DNA of 64,000 nucleotides from Narcine bancroftii (taxonomy: Eukaryota): the NCBI RefSeq assembly GCF_036971445.1, contig NC_091473.1, positions 216,256,001-216,320,000 on the forward strand, given 5' to 3'. The position numbers and the translations under genes are program-made. Of the stretch, positions 50,345-63,766 are shown piece after piece. The notes under the pieces were generated by a model. It did not search any database and was not told the DNA's origin. It saw nothing but the letters and a program-made list of their open reading frames with translations. Position 1 is the stretch's first letter; every line of letters begins with the position of its first letter.

Positions 50345-53189
50345 TGTAGCACACTGCTAAAGTTATAGCTCTGGGTTATAGCTTGAAGAAAGAAGCTCAC
50401 ACCAAGAGAGTGCAGTTGACACTGAGTTTATTCGACTATCTGCTCCGCCTTTTATAGGCTGACTGCTGCATCACCATGGGCGAGGCTTGTGATCTGCCGG
50501 CCATGGATTGGTCGCCTTGTGATTTGCTGCTGGCAATTGGCTGGTTTAGTCTCTGATATTGTGGCTTATGGTAACGGACCGGTCATCTCTCGTCATCTGT
50601 TCGATCACTGCGTTCAATGGCCATTTCCTTTGTCGGCCTGCAGAATAGGCCTCGGGTAACCTCCACCCCCAGAACTGCTGATAGGACTGATGACATGGTA
50701 TGGCCCTTTGTAAGGCTGTCGGAGGGGTGACTGATGTGCCCTGCATTGTACAAATACGTGTCCAAAGTCTATAAAGTTTTTGGGTATGAAGGTTCTGGCG
50801 TGGGCTTGGGCCCTGGGCTGTGCCTAGGCACTCATGCAGATAAGACAAGGTAGCCGCTGGGAGATCCCCCATATCCTTGGATCTGGCTATGAATTTGTCT
50901 GGGATAACTAACGGCATGCTGTAGACCAACTTGGCAGAGGATGCCTCAAGATCCTCTTTCAGGGTAGTATGAATGCCGAGTAGGAACAAGGGAAGTTCAT
51001 CGGCCCAGTTTGGTCCAGTGAGCCGGGCCATGAGGGCTGTCTTCACATGCCTATGGAATCTCTCCACCAACCTGTTGGCCTGCAGGTGATATGCTGTGGT
51101 GTGGTGGAGTTGGGTCCCCAAGGTGTTTGCCAAAGCAGCCCACACATGCTTCCATAGGTGTTTCACCACCTCAGGCCATCTGGTCAACAGATAACGTGCA
51201 TCCCTGGATATTGGTAGGGGGCCCACAATGTCTATATGCATGTGGCTAAACCATCAGTGTGCCTGCTCGATGGACTTGGGGTGGGGGGGGGGGGGGTGGT
51301 GGTGCTTAATGTGTGTTTGAAACTTTTATGCCTGGCACTGCATGCATGTCTTGGCCCTCCAAGTGACCTCTTTCTGGAGACCATGTCACCATTTTTACTG
51401 TTAACCCGATGGCAGGATGAGTCAGATTATGGACAGAGTCAAACACCTGTCTTTTCCATGCAGCCAGAATGATGTGATGAGGCCTACCGGTCGAGGTATC
51501 TCACAGCAGTGTCTGGGTACCTGGGACGATTTGGACTCCCTCTAGTCAGTCGGAGGCCAGTGGGATGTTGGGGTCTGCTTGCTATGCTTCAGCCAAGGTC
51601 ACGTAGTCAATGCCTGGGGTGGGGGCATGCACCACTAGTATAGCCGGTCTTGATAGAACATGTTGGACCTGCTGGTGATATGCTGAATATCCATTGAGAA
51701 TTCAGAGATAAAGGACAGGTGCCACTGTTGCCTGGCTGACCACAGGTCTGAAATCTTGCTGAAAATAGAAATGAGTGGCTTGTGGCCTGTGAAAATTTTG
51801 AACTTTCTGCCCTCCAGGAAGTAGCGGAAATGCAGAGTTGCCAGGTGTAATGCTAACAGCTCTCAATCAAAGGTACTGTACTTGAGCTCTGGTGGCCTGT
51901 GATGTTTCCTGAAAAAGGCCAGCGGCTCCCACTATCCATCAACCAGTTGCTCAAGTATACCCCTGACCGCTGTGCTGGAGGTGGTGAGGGCGGTCAGGGC
52001 ACCTGTCCTCGGGTGCACAATGTGAGGGGCATTGGCTAGGACCTCTTTAGCAGCCTGGAAAGCCTCAACCGCCTCTTTTGTCCATTCAATGTTCTTCTTG
52101 GGTCCTGTTATAAGGGGAAATACCAGGCTCATGATGTGGGTCTCTGCAGGTATAAAGCAGTGATCGAAATTGACCATACCTGTGAGCTCTTGCAGATGGT
52201 CTAGGGAAGGATTGAATGGCGTCCACTTTTGCAGGAAAAGTCCTGGCCCTCTGTTGGTCAATGCGATGCCCCAGGAAATCAATTGTCTCTCGGTCAAACG
52301 GGCACTTGGCTGGATTGATGTTCCAGCATATCACAGGCATCTCTCTTTGCTGCCTATAGCATATCCACCCGGGCAGCTACCTTTCTGGGGTCATCGAAAC
52401 CCACTACTGTGGTGAGCAGCCAGACGACTTCAGGCAGCCGCTCCAGAAAGATCTGCTGAAACAGCGGGAAAGAGGTGTGGCCATCGGCAAGAGTGAGCAT
52501 GTCGCTCATGAGGGCGGAAGGAGCCCTGTCTCCCACACCGTCCGTATGCAAGTCGGCCATGCGTTCATGCTTCGAGTTAGTAGCTCCTTGATGGCCAGAT
52601 ACTTGCCTTGCTCCGGGGGCTGCTGAAGGAAGTCAATGATCTGGACCACAGTGTCCTAGTTGAGGGTGCTTACTACGTGGTAGTAGCATGTGTCGTCGGC
52701 AGTGATCTGGCAAATGGTGAACTGTGCCTCGACTTACTGGAACCTCACCCGTGGTTGCACCATCCAGAAGTCTGGCAGCTTCAATGATACCACATTGATT
52801 GCAGGCTGATCTCCCATCGTTGAGTCCAAAGCGCCATTTGGACCAGATGGGGTCACCAATGTAGCACACTGCTGCAGTTGTAGCTCAGAGTTATGGCTCG
52901 AAGAAAGAGGTTTACACTGAGAGAGTGCAGTCGATGCTGAGTTTATTTGGCTATCTGCTCTGTCTTTTATAGGCTGACTGCCATATCACCACAGGCGCGA
53001 TTGGTTGCCTTGTGATCTGCTGGCCCGGATTGGACCCCCTGCAATCCACTGCTGGCAATTTGGCTCATTTAGTCTCTGCTGTTACGGTCTATGGTAATGG
53101 GCTGCTCAGCTCACATGTCGTCTGTTCGATTGCCCCATTCAACAGCCATTTCATGTGCTGGACTGTGGAGTAGGCCATGGGCTGCTACA
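50345..53189 (-). mobile_element. Internally deleted Gypsy LTR retrotransposon
   Basis: LTRs at 52860-53189 (TGTAGC...GCTACA) and about 50345-50660. PBS TGGTGACCCC next to 52859; PPT GGGGGTGGAGG near 50660-50670. Integrase (HIDIVGPLP...TAYH..AN.LVERFHR), RT/RNase H and gag remnants. 4-bp TSD AGGA at 50341-50344 and 53190-53193, inside a CR1. Confidence 0.92.
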
Positions 53190-53851
53190 AGGACTTTATT
53201 CCTGGATGCTATGGAGAATGAGGGGAGATTGGATAGAGGCATATAAAATGATGAGGGGTATAGATAGAGTGAATGCAAGCAGGCTTTTTCCACTGAGGTT
53301 AGGTGAGGCAAGAACTAGAGGGCATGGGTTAAGGGTGAAAGGTGGAAATTTTAAAGGGAACATTCGGGGGAACTTCACACAGAGAGTGGTGAGTGTGGAA
53401 CGAGCTGCCAGCTGAAGTGGTGAATGCAGGCTTAATAGTGACATTTAAGAATTATTTGGATAGGTTATGGATGGGAGGGGTGTGGAGGGTTATGATCTGG
53501 GTGCAGGTCATTGGAACTAATTAGAATAGTTTGGCACAGACTAGATGGGCTGAAAGGCCTGTTTCTGCACTTTAGTGTTCTGTGGTTTAAAAGGAGATTG
53601 GACAAGTTCAGATAGGAAAGGAGTAGGGGAAACATGGGCCCAATGCAAGCAAATGTGATTGCTGTTGATAGGTCAGCATGTAGGAGAGGGGCTGAAGGGC
53701 CTGTTTCTGAGCTGTTTGATTCCAGTTCTTTTTGAGCTGCAATCTGCTAGTCAGTTGTGTGTGCTGTTTTACTGTTCTAACCTCTGTCTGCCTCTCACTT
53801 GCCTGCTGCTGCCCTGCTCCCAGTTTTTTCCCTGCTCTTGCCCACACCTAC

Positions 53852-54130
53852 CATCTGTATGGCGCTCATACACGTGCTTCCTGGAGATGTTGGCAATCTT
53901 CCAGCTGATGGGATTCTGGACCGTGCAGGTGTAGTTGATCCTGTTGGACAATTCAACCAACTGCTGGAGATGGGCATCCTGGTCCGAAATCCACTCAAGC
54001 TGGGTGTGGTTCCCAGGGGTCCAGTGGAAGCTCTGGTTGTTTCCGGATGCAGCAAAACACCTAAGGGTCAGGTTGCACGATTGTCCGGAGCTAATGTTGG
54101 CCACCTCGACCGTGACTTTGGACACTGGTT
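53852..54130 (-). CDS. CD2/SLAM-family receptor, IgC2-domain exon
   Basis: ccttgcag|AA...; (E)PVSKVTVEV...SCNLTLRC...FHW...NYTCTVQNPISW is the SLAM-type C2 signature. Donor G|GTAGGT; 279 bp, phase 1-1; several NxS/T sequons. Confidence 0.9.
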
Positions 54131-54487
54131 CTGCAAGGACAGTGAAGAAAGGGATCAATGGGAATCAAGGTGAATGCCATACCTGCCTGTTCCTGTATCT
54201 CCCTTCGCGACCCCCTGTTTGACCACCCATTTTCCCATCTCCCATGCTCTGAAACTATTGGGAAAGCCACAATAATCACCAGAGAATGTCCAGCCAGCAG
54301 TGCAGCAGGTAATACCACTGCCTCACAGCTCCAGACTCAGGTTCGCCCCTGACCTTGGGTGTGTGTGTGTGGAGATTACAGGTTCTCCCTGGGACTATGT
54401 GGGTTCCCCCCGTGCCCTTGCTCCTCCGGTTTCCTTCCACGTCCCAAAGCATACAAATTGGAAGCTTTAAATCTCCCCATGTTGGAA

Positions 54488-54491
<4 letters not shown>

Positions 54492-54572
<81 letters not shown>
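54492..54572. repeat. (TG)n microsatellite
   Basis: Perfect TG run. Confidence 0.98.
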
Positions 54573-54577
<5 letters not shown>

Positions 54578-54809
54578 GGTGGTGGCTGGTCTCAAGAAGG
54601 GAGACAGGTTGACATCCAGAATACTTTGGAGGCCTGAGGGGGGATATGTTGAGAGGATTCTCCCTCTGGGGATGGGGGAACAATATCTGGGGGTGGGGGT
54701 AGGAGTGAGGGATCAGTTTGGAGAGGTGGTGAAGGCAGGTACAGTGGTTCTGCATGGCAGGAGTGGGAATTAGTAGGGATCTAAAGGTTATGGTGGGGGA
54801 TTGTGGGAG

Positions 54810-55222
54810 ATTGTATTCGCTCGAGTTCAGAAGAATGAGAGGAGATCTTATAGAAACATAGGATTATGAAGGGTATGGATAGGATAGATGTAGGAAGGTT
54901 TTTTGAGCTGGCCGGGGAAACTAAAACGAGAGGACACAGTCTCAAGATTTGTGGGAGTAGATTTAGGACAGAGATGAGGAAAAATAGTTTTTCCCAGAGA
55001 GTAGATTCTCTAAGCAGGGAAGTGGTTGAGGCTGCTTCATTAAACATATTTAAAATTTGGTTAGATAAATTTTTACATGATAGAGGAATTAGGGGATATG
55101 GGGAGAAGGCAGGTAGGTGGAGTTAGGTCATAAATTAGATCAGCCATGATCTTATTGAATGGCAGAGCAGGCTCGATGGGCCATTTTTGGCCTACTCCTG
55201 TTCCTACTTCCTATGTTCCTAT
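54810..55222 (+). mobile_element. CR1 3' end
   Basis: MKGMDRIDVGRFF...TRGHSLKI and a TTCCTA(T/C)-type terminal repeat. Confidence 0.85.
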
Positions 55223-57219
55223 TGGGAGGTGCAGGAGCTCCTCTCAATCAGGGCTGACAAGGAGATTGTAAAATATATAACCGACACTGTGAAAGACGGC
55301 TGTTATATGAGAGGGTGGCCTGTAGGCTCAGGGACCTAGATTTGACACTAGCTCTTTCAGATTGTGACCAAGCTGGTCTGTGATTTGTCCTCAGTTTGAA
55401 CAGTCTGAAGCCCACCATCCCACTCCCTCACCAACAGCATGCCACCAGGCCCCTACAATAGGTAGCAGTGATTAGTAAGAGATTACTTAAGTTGGTATGT
55501 GAGTGGAAAGAAAATATTTGAAATCCACTTCTTTCGATCAATACTTGCAGTAGATTTTCTCATGCTCTTTTACAAATTGTGTGTGTATATCGTATTAAAT
55601 TGTGCGCATTTTTTTTACCATGCTCTTCTATACATTGCTTTATTCCCACTATGATTTCACTGCCCTGCTTGTATGTAACACGTCACTCAGAATGTTACCA
55701 CTGGAGGTTGGAAGCCCCCACCACCTTGCTCCGCGGAGGTAATGTGAAAGGCCACACTGAACCAGTTTTTCTTGGTTCATGTGAACAACCCAACCGGGGT
55801 TTAAAAATGGGTCATTCGCATGCCAATGTAACAGGTTTCCAATGTGAAAAGGCCTACTGTACCACTGGGAAGACGGAGAAAGATAAATGATTTAAATGAT
55901 TGAAGTGGGATTTGAATCAAAAGGAGGTTTTGAGTGTGTGGTGGAAGTACTCGGGCAGACTTCTTGTTCAGATGTCTGCTGCTTGTGAGTAAAGCTCTGC
56001 TGTTTCCAACTATGCAGTTCCATCAATTAGCTGGCCATTTGCTGGGGTGGATTTACTTCACCATGAACCACCATCTTTTGTTTAATTTGGTCACTAAAAG
56101 TCAAACATTGGTGACTCCATCACCAGTTCATCATTCATTAGCTCATCAGTCGGTGGTGGATGACTTTTTGACTGCGTCTCAAAGGCCTGGGAGCCTCACC
56201 CTCACCTTTGAGGAATCCAAGAGGCTTTGGCAGATTGCCAGGGAGCCAGTTCATGAAGCACCTGAGGATTTCTGTTCTTCACTCTACTATCCCGTCTGGA
56301 TAACAGACTCACATCTCGGGGAATGTGGAATGGTGTCCTCTGAGGAGGATTGAGCGAGTATGGCTTCAGTCAACATGAGACTTGCCCTGTCCTACTGTGG
56401 ATTGTTGTTTTGTACAATTGTCTGATCTGTTTGTTTTTTGCAAATATGCCAGACCCGTCTTCCAAAAGACCTGGGCCCTACAGGAGATACGCTGGCTTAG
56501 CGACTTCAATGACCCCTGAGGCCAGGAAATCGTTTGTATCACTGGAAGACCAGAATGCGGTTATGATTCTGATCCCCAACTATGATGGTTGGAAAATGCA
56601 CAAAGGCAATGGTGGAGTGCAATGGATGTGAAAATGGAGGGTAAATCCATGACTTGTCTATGAAACAGGAAGGCAGTGGGCTTAGTCACGTGTTGAATCG
56701 ATTCTTGGACTCACCAGTCATCTTACACTTCAGCGGCTTGGTTGAGACCATGTTTCACAGAGATATGGAGCAGGTAAGGGTGCATCCCCTAGGCGCATGC
56801 TTGAAGGGGCTGCTCCTTGGGTTCTGGCGGCATTTCAGCCCCATGGTCCTGATCTATGGGCACCCAGTATGGAGGGTCAGTCAAGGGTTGTCCTTGTCAA
56901 TCTGGCCTGGGCCTGGCCTAGATAGGCTAAAGCAGCAGGTAGTCGAGGGTGCAGTTCGGGCTGATTGTCTTCCTCTCTCGGAGAACACCTGTGTGCCCAT
57001 GTATCCCTGGAGAAGGAGCACTCAGAGCTCACAGGAAGCTTGAGGGTCTCTGGGAATGGGTTGTCACCCAAGGGTTTAACGGTATCAATGGAGATAATCA
57101 ATCTCTAACCTATGTTTTGTGTGAGTAGACCGACTTGTAGATGAATATAGTTCTTGTCAAATTTGAACAGTTAATAATAAAGGGGTGGAATTGATTTACT
57201 GTCAAAAAGGCAAAAACGG

Positions 57220-57500
57220 GGTGGGAGCTCCAGATTATGGGAGGGGCAGTGAAGGAGGGGCAGTTGGTGATGGTGCACCAAGCTGGAAGAGAGTGAGGGA
57301 GCACCACACACCACACAGTGGGAGTGGTGGTGAGGGATTTCTACACTGTGGGAGGGGCAGTGAGGGAGCTCCATACTTCGAGAGAAGTTGCAGGAGCTCC
57401 ACGCTGTGGGAGAGGTGATGATGGAACTCTGTGTTGAGGGAGAGGTGAAGAGGGAGCTCTGCACTGTCAGAGGGGATGTCCACTGTGGGAAATGAAGAAG
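57220..57500. repeat. ~30-bp G-rich minisatellite next to the IgV exon donor
   Basis: GGGAGCTCCACACTGTGGGAGGGGCAGTGA-type units. Confidence 0.7.
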
Positions 57501-57533
57501 TGAGGAGTGGCTGGGGTTGCCTCATGCAGTGAC

Positions 57534-57869
57534 CATATGCCTGGAGGGAGACCTGATCTTTCCAATCCTCGGATGTAGTGACCACCACGATATAGGTGCC
57601 CACATCTTCCTGCTTCACGCTGTCTATCCAGAGGGTGAAGTTGTCCAATAGCCTGACTTGGCCACTAAACTGGTTGGTAAGAAAGTACTTTCCTCTCTTC
57701 TCATCTGCTTCATAGTGAACAATGCTGGTTAACTGTTTCTGGCTCTTAAATTTCCAGCTAATCTCTGCTTCCTGGGGAAGAGGATCCAAGTGTACCGGGA
57801 TCCAGGCCTGATGGTGCAAGCTGGCATTAACTGGATAATCTGGAGTCTTCATGTTGAAGGCAAAAGTGG
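57534..57869 (-). CDS. CD2/SLAM-family receptor, IgV-domain exon
   Basis: ctccccag|CC...; EISWKF...FSGQVRLLDNFTLWIDSVKQEDVGTYIVVV...VSLQAY. V-set motifs (W, L-x-I, D-x-G-x-Y) with no cysteines, as is typical of the CD2/SLAM D1 domain. 336 bp, phase 1-1, weak donor GTCACT. Confidence 0.85.
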
Positions 57870-58589
57870 CTGGGGAGGGAGATAGCATAGGGCTTCCCAT
57901 TCCTCTGCCCAACCTCTTTCACTCACCCCACCCTCTCTCTCACACCCCCACCTTCCCTCTCCAACTCACCCTCCCTCTAGCACCCCCTTACACTCTCACA
58001 CCCACTCTTTCACCCCCATTCTGCCCCTCACCCCTCTCCCTTTATCTCATCCTCACTCTCCCTTTCTAACCTCCACTCTTCCTCTATCACCTGACCCTCT
58101 CAGCTCACTTCCACTCCCTCACACACTCCCACCCTCCACCCACCCTACACCTCTCACCAACAACTCTCACCCACTCTTTCTCTCATCATCCACATTCTTT
58201 CTCACACCCTCACTCCCTCTTGCCCCTACTCTCCCACTCTTACCCCCATCCTCCATTGCACACCCATTCCCTTTCTCACATCCAATCCCTTTCCCACCTC
58301 CACCCTCCCTCTCACCCCCACCCCACCCTCCCTCTCCCACATCCACTCTCCTTTTCTCACCCCCCACTCCTCATCCCTCTCACTCACAACCAACCCTCCC
58401 ACCCTCCCTCTCTCCCCCCACTCCTCCCTCTCTCACCTCCCTCCTTATCTCTCACCTCCCACCCCCACTCCATCTCTCACTGCCACTTCTTCACCCCTAC
58501 TTTCCCTCTCTCACCCCTCTCCCTTATCACACCATTCCCTCTCTTACCCCCACTCCTGCTCGTGGCAGTCCTCTATGCACCTGATGCCA

Positions 58590-61500
58590 TTCTAACATCA
58601 GCTGTCCAGGATCTTGTTACCTTCTGTTAAAGGTATTAATCTATTTGGAGTCAGGGGAGTTTTTAGGGACAGCCCCATTTTGATACCTAAATATTCGTTA
58701 ATTTTATTCCAAATGGCAATGACTTGTTTTAAAATAGGGCTGCCTACTTTTCTAGATAATAATTTAGCATCCCATTTATAAATAACGTCCTCTGCCACCT
58801 TCTCCCCCACCATGTGCAAGCCAACTTGTGCCCAGGATAGTACATCCCCACCCTTGAAGAGTGAGGCAGTATATCATGACTGGGCTGCCCAATAATATTT
58901 CTTAAAGTCTGGCAATTGTAAACTACCCAGATTGTAATTCCAAGTCAATTTTTCCAGAGAGACTCTGGGCACCTTTCATTCTATAGGAATGTTCTTACCC
59001 ATGAGATCAGATTTTGGAAGAATTTCCATGGTAATGCTACAAGCAATGTCTGAAAGAGGTATTGAAGCCTTGGCAACACATTCATTTTAATACAGTTGAC
59101 CTCGCTCAACAAGGTTATTGGCAGGGGCATCCACCTATTCAAGTCCTCCTCAATCCTTTCCAGCAAGGGGGTATAATTCAATCTGTATAAATAATTCATG
59201 TTGTTATATATTCTTACTCCTAAATATTTGATTCTGTTTTGTGGCCGCTTTGAATAACTGTTTTGCTGACATTGACTGTAGTCCCCCTTGATGAGTGGTA
59301 AAATTTTACTCTTGTTCCAATTAACCTGTACCCAGAGATCTCCCCATAGTCCTCCAGTGTAGAGTGCAGCCTAGAAAATGAATTTACCGGGTCTGTAAGA
59401 TATATCAGTACATCTTCTGCAAATAAATTGATGTCATGTTCTTCCTGGCCTGTTCTAAAACCTTTAATATCTGGGTCCCATCTAACGGCTTTGGAAAATG
59501 TCTCCTTGGCCAGTATGAACAGGGCTGGAGATAGCAGACATCCTTGTCTACTTGATTTTGTCAGTAGGAATGCCGGAGAGATTTATCCATTGGTCACAAC
59601 TTTGCCCTTGGATGCATGGTACAGAACCCTTATCTAATTTGTAAAAGTTGGCCCTAACCCAAACCTTTCCAGCACTTTGAATAGAAAATTCCACTCCAGT
59701 CTATCAAATGCCTTTTCTGCATCCAAGGCCACAGCCAGATCCCTCTCGTTTCTGGTTTGTGTCAGATGCATTATATTCAACAGTCTGCCAATATTGTTCA
59801 TTACCTGTCTCTCTTTTGCACAAAGCCTGCCTGGTCTTTGTTCATGAATTTTGGCAAATAATTAGACAAGTATTTTATAATCTGTATTTAACAGTGAAAT
59901 AGGTCTAGAGGAGGGCAGCAATAGTGGATCTTTGTCTTTTTTGAATATCATCATAATGATTGCTGATGTAAAAGATTCTGGGAGGGTATGGGTCTCAATT
60001 GCCTGGTCCACCACCTCCATATAGAGGGGTATCAGTAAATCTTTAAATTCCTTATAGAACTCAGGTGGAAACCCATCCTCCTCTGGAGATTTGTTAGTCT
60101 GCAGGAGTTCAATGCTTTCCCTATCTCTACCTCTGTGAAAGGAAGATCTAGGTTATCATGTTCTTCTGGATCCAAATTTGGAAGCTCTAATTTGGTCAGG
60201 AACCTGTTAATTTTATCAGATCCCCCTGTTAGTTCTGATTTGTATAAACCCTCATAAAATTCCCTGAAGGTGTTAATCTCCTTTGGTTTGTATGTTGTCC
60301 TGCCCTTCCCAATTGATTATGTCCTCAACTGCTAAGAGAGGATTTTATGGGCTTTCTCCCCCAATTTTTGTTTTGGCCTCATTTTAGCCTTTTCCACGTT
60401 ATAAGTTTGAAGCGTATTATACTTCATTTTCTTGTTTGCTAGAGCCCTATCGTGGTCCTCTGAGCCTGATTTATGATACTCCTTTTCTAAGTGAGCAATT
60501 TCTTGCTCTAATTCATCCACCTCCCTCATATATTCTTTCTTCACTGCCTTAGTGTAACCAGTTATTAGGGCTCTCAAATATGCTTTGAGGGTATCTCATA
60601 GAAATAATTTATTTGGAGCAGAGGAAAAGTTGTCCTCGGAAAATATGTCTCTGAATTCTTATAAAACTACAAAACTCCAGCTTCTTTAACAGCAACACAT
60701 TAAGACGCCACCTGTATGCTGTATCCTGCTTCTCTGGCATTTCTATTGTTAGTGTCAGGGGTTAATGCTCTGAGAGAAGTCTCACTATGTACTCAGCTTC
60801 CATGATCCTACTCTCTATATGGGCTGAAGCTAGGAAAAGGTCAATTCTAGAATAGGAGTCATGTTGTTTTGAGTAGCAGGAATAATCCATCTCCCTTGGA
60901 TGCTTCCGCCTCCACACGTCTATCAAATTCAGCTCCTTCATTCAGTCAATGGTAGACTTTGCTGCTTTGGTTTTAGTTATTTTCTTTGTTGACTTATCTA
61001 AGACGGGATCTAGACAAAATTAAAATCTCCCCCAATGCAGAAGTTCTCTTTTCCCTCTGCCAATCTCAGGAAAGAGCTCTGTATGAACTTTTTGTCATCA
61101 AAATTGGGGGCATATACATTTACTAAGGTCCAGGATTCTGAATATATCTGTCAGTGCACCATTACAAATCTTCCTGTTTTATCTGTGGTCATGTTCTGCA
61201 CTCTCACCAGAGCACACTTTCCTATCAAAATTGCCACCCCCACCCTCCTGCAAGTGAACTGAATGAGGAGGATATTATCTGACCCACCCAGCCCTTTTTA
61301 ATTTTGGGTGCTCCCACTCTGTCAACTGTGTTTCCTGAAGAAAGACCAGATCTAATCCCATTTTTTAAATGTGTGCCAAAACTCGTTTCCTCTTTATTTT
61401 CCAGTTCAAACTATTAACGTTAAAACTATCGTATTTCATGTTCTTGATCATTGATCCAATTCACGCTCTCTTCATGTCTCCGCCATCCCTTGTCTGTTCT

Positions 61501-63462
61501 CGCCCAACCTTATTCCTCCAGCCATGAATTTCAGTCCACCGGGCCTGCAGCAAACCCTGAAATGGTCAAACAAAGACCGGGGCCATATCCCCCAGAAGGG
61601 CAAGTAAAAAAAAAAGAAAGGTTCGACAAAAGGAAAGGAAGAAAAAGAAAAAAAAGACAACATAAAATACTACACCAAACTTAAACCCCTTATCCATATA
61701 CTATACTTTCCTTCCCCTTCCTCCCCCAAACCTTTGGTAACTTTACCCTCAATACTATCACCATCCCCCTCGTTTCCAAAGGTTGTGCATTTTGCACCCA
61801 TCTACCTCTCACCACTCTCTACCCCACTCCTCCCAGACCACTTCCTTTTCATACCTTCTTCCCATAATTTATTTACAAATCTAACTGTTAATTCTACTAT
61901 TACTTTATAGTTATTTTCAACAATATATTCTTATAAACAACTAAAATACTGTCATTAACCATTAGGCACTACCCCCATGTATATTATTTCTAGCAGACTG
62001 GCAGCTGCTTCACAAATTCCCAGGTCTCTCTGGCCTCCGACAAAAACTTTCTTTCACCTCCTGGCATTATAAGTTTTAGGGTTGCTGGGTACTAATCTCT
62101 TTACATCAGCAATCATTATGAGGATGGGGGTAAGAGTGGGAAAGTAGGGACAAATTCGTTCCCTTTCAGTTTTGCCATCTTCTTTATTGGATCAAATTCT
62201 TTCCTTTGCTTAAGGAGGGCCACGCTTATATCTGGATAAAGTAGTATCTTTTCTCCCCTCCAGTTCCATCAGCACCCCCTCGCTTTCATCCTGAATGCCG
62301 CTGCCCTTAAAATCTTCTCACGATCCAGGTGACGCAGAAGCTTCACCAGGACCAAGCATGGTCTCTGTCTGGAGCCCAGGCACGGGAAGGGAGTCCGATG
62401 GGCTCTCTCTATCTCTACCATATCCCCTAGTTGTTCCTTTTTCAGGACCTCTAGGAGCCAATGCTGGAAAAAAGCCATGGGATCTTTCCCCTCCCAAATC
62501 TCCAACAGCCCCACAATTTTAATAGTATTCCTCCAACTGTGGTTTTCTAGAATATCTATCCTCTGCCAGAGATGTCCCCTCTCTATTTCACATGCGGCAA
62601 ATTCGATCTCCAGATTATTGATTCTGTCCTCGATATTGCCAGTTCTGTCGTCCAATTCAGTTATCCTTCCTGATAAACCAGTTAGGGCAATCTCCCATTT
62701 GTCCATTTTATTGTATAGCTCCCCAGTCTTTTCTTTTAAATCCTTGGCCAGTGTTCCCTCCATGCTCAGCATGGCCTGCAATATGCCCTGCAGTGAGGAG
62801 TCCATGCCCCCTCCCCTTCTTATTGACACCAGGCTGCTACTGTAGTGAGTCCTAGGTCTACCGCCAATGTCTCCCTCCAAGCTGTCGTCTGACTCTTCCT
62901 CACTGGGATTCACACTGGAGCCATTCCCTGATGCAGGGTAAAAGTCTCCAGCATCCCCCATATGAGTCTGTCAGGCACGCTTCGCCCACTGCTTTCGGGG
63001 GGGGAGGAACATGATGTGCACTGCACTTCGGAGTTCAGTTTCCCCCCCATGGGCTCCTCATCTCTCCACGCTCAGTCGGAGTCCACACCGGTGGGTTTCC
63101 CTGGTTCAGGCTCACCTGACGCCAACTTCTTACCCAAGAAGTTGTGCCTTGCACAATCTTGGCAGTTTGGGGCCTCCTTTGTTGGGCCATCTCGGGCATC
63201 GGCTTGGAGCTGGAAGCGCCACTTGACTTCCTCAAGGCAGGCTCGTTCTGGCAGTGCCCGTTCCTCCCAGCTTGCTGGCTGTCTTTCCTTGATTGGAGCT
63301 TTTCTTCCCCATTAGAGTAAGGTAGGGGCCTTTACTGAGACTTATTGGTTGTTTTCTTAGAATTGCTTAGACTTTTAAACTGTTTTTTCCTCTTTCGTCT
63401 GGGAGCTCGGGCGGGGGGGGCGGGGTCAACGTCCTACTGCTGGCTCCTCATCATGTGACCTC
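58590..63462 (-). mobile_element. 3'-truncated, degenerate L1 (5' UTR, ORF1, ORF2)
   Basis: ORF1 at 62269-62961 (coiled coil, then LENHSWRNTIKIVGL...EIERAHR). ORF2 starts near 61439 (SFNVN...LVFLQETQ; GDFN; LDAEKAFD) with stops and frameshifts. Confidence 0.9.
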
Positions 63463-63672
63463 CAAGAAGGTTCTACATTTCTCAGAGTGTAACCAAAAGC
63501 AGATACAAAGTGAGTGATTAAAGGTTTTAATATTCAGCAACATCGGGCATGTCTCTACATGCTTCTGGCCCAGATCCAAGGCTGGTATGGAAGGAGGAGA
63601 CGAGGGCTATCAACCTTTAATGGGAATCTATGGGGAGGAGTTACAGGGTCGGAGGTGGACCAGCTTGTACAC

Positions 63673-63766
63673 CAATGTTTCTCAACTTACTAATCACAGA
63701 ACACGTATGGCATAGAGATTATTTAAAGTGGTATGTGAGTGGAAAGAAAAAGGTTGAGAACCACTG
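63673..63766. mobile_element. hAT/Charlie-type MITE
   Basis: TIRs CAATGTTTCTCAAC / GTTGAGAACCACTG; imperfect 8-bp TSD TTGTACAC / CTGTACAG. A related partial copy lies at about 55400-55530. Confidence 0.75.

Noticed and set aside
57900-58560. Pro/His/Leu-rich ORFs or the receptor leader exon
   Set aside because: Low-complexity pyrimidine tract; no convincing signal-peptide exon with a phase-1 donor.
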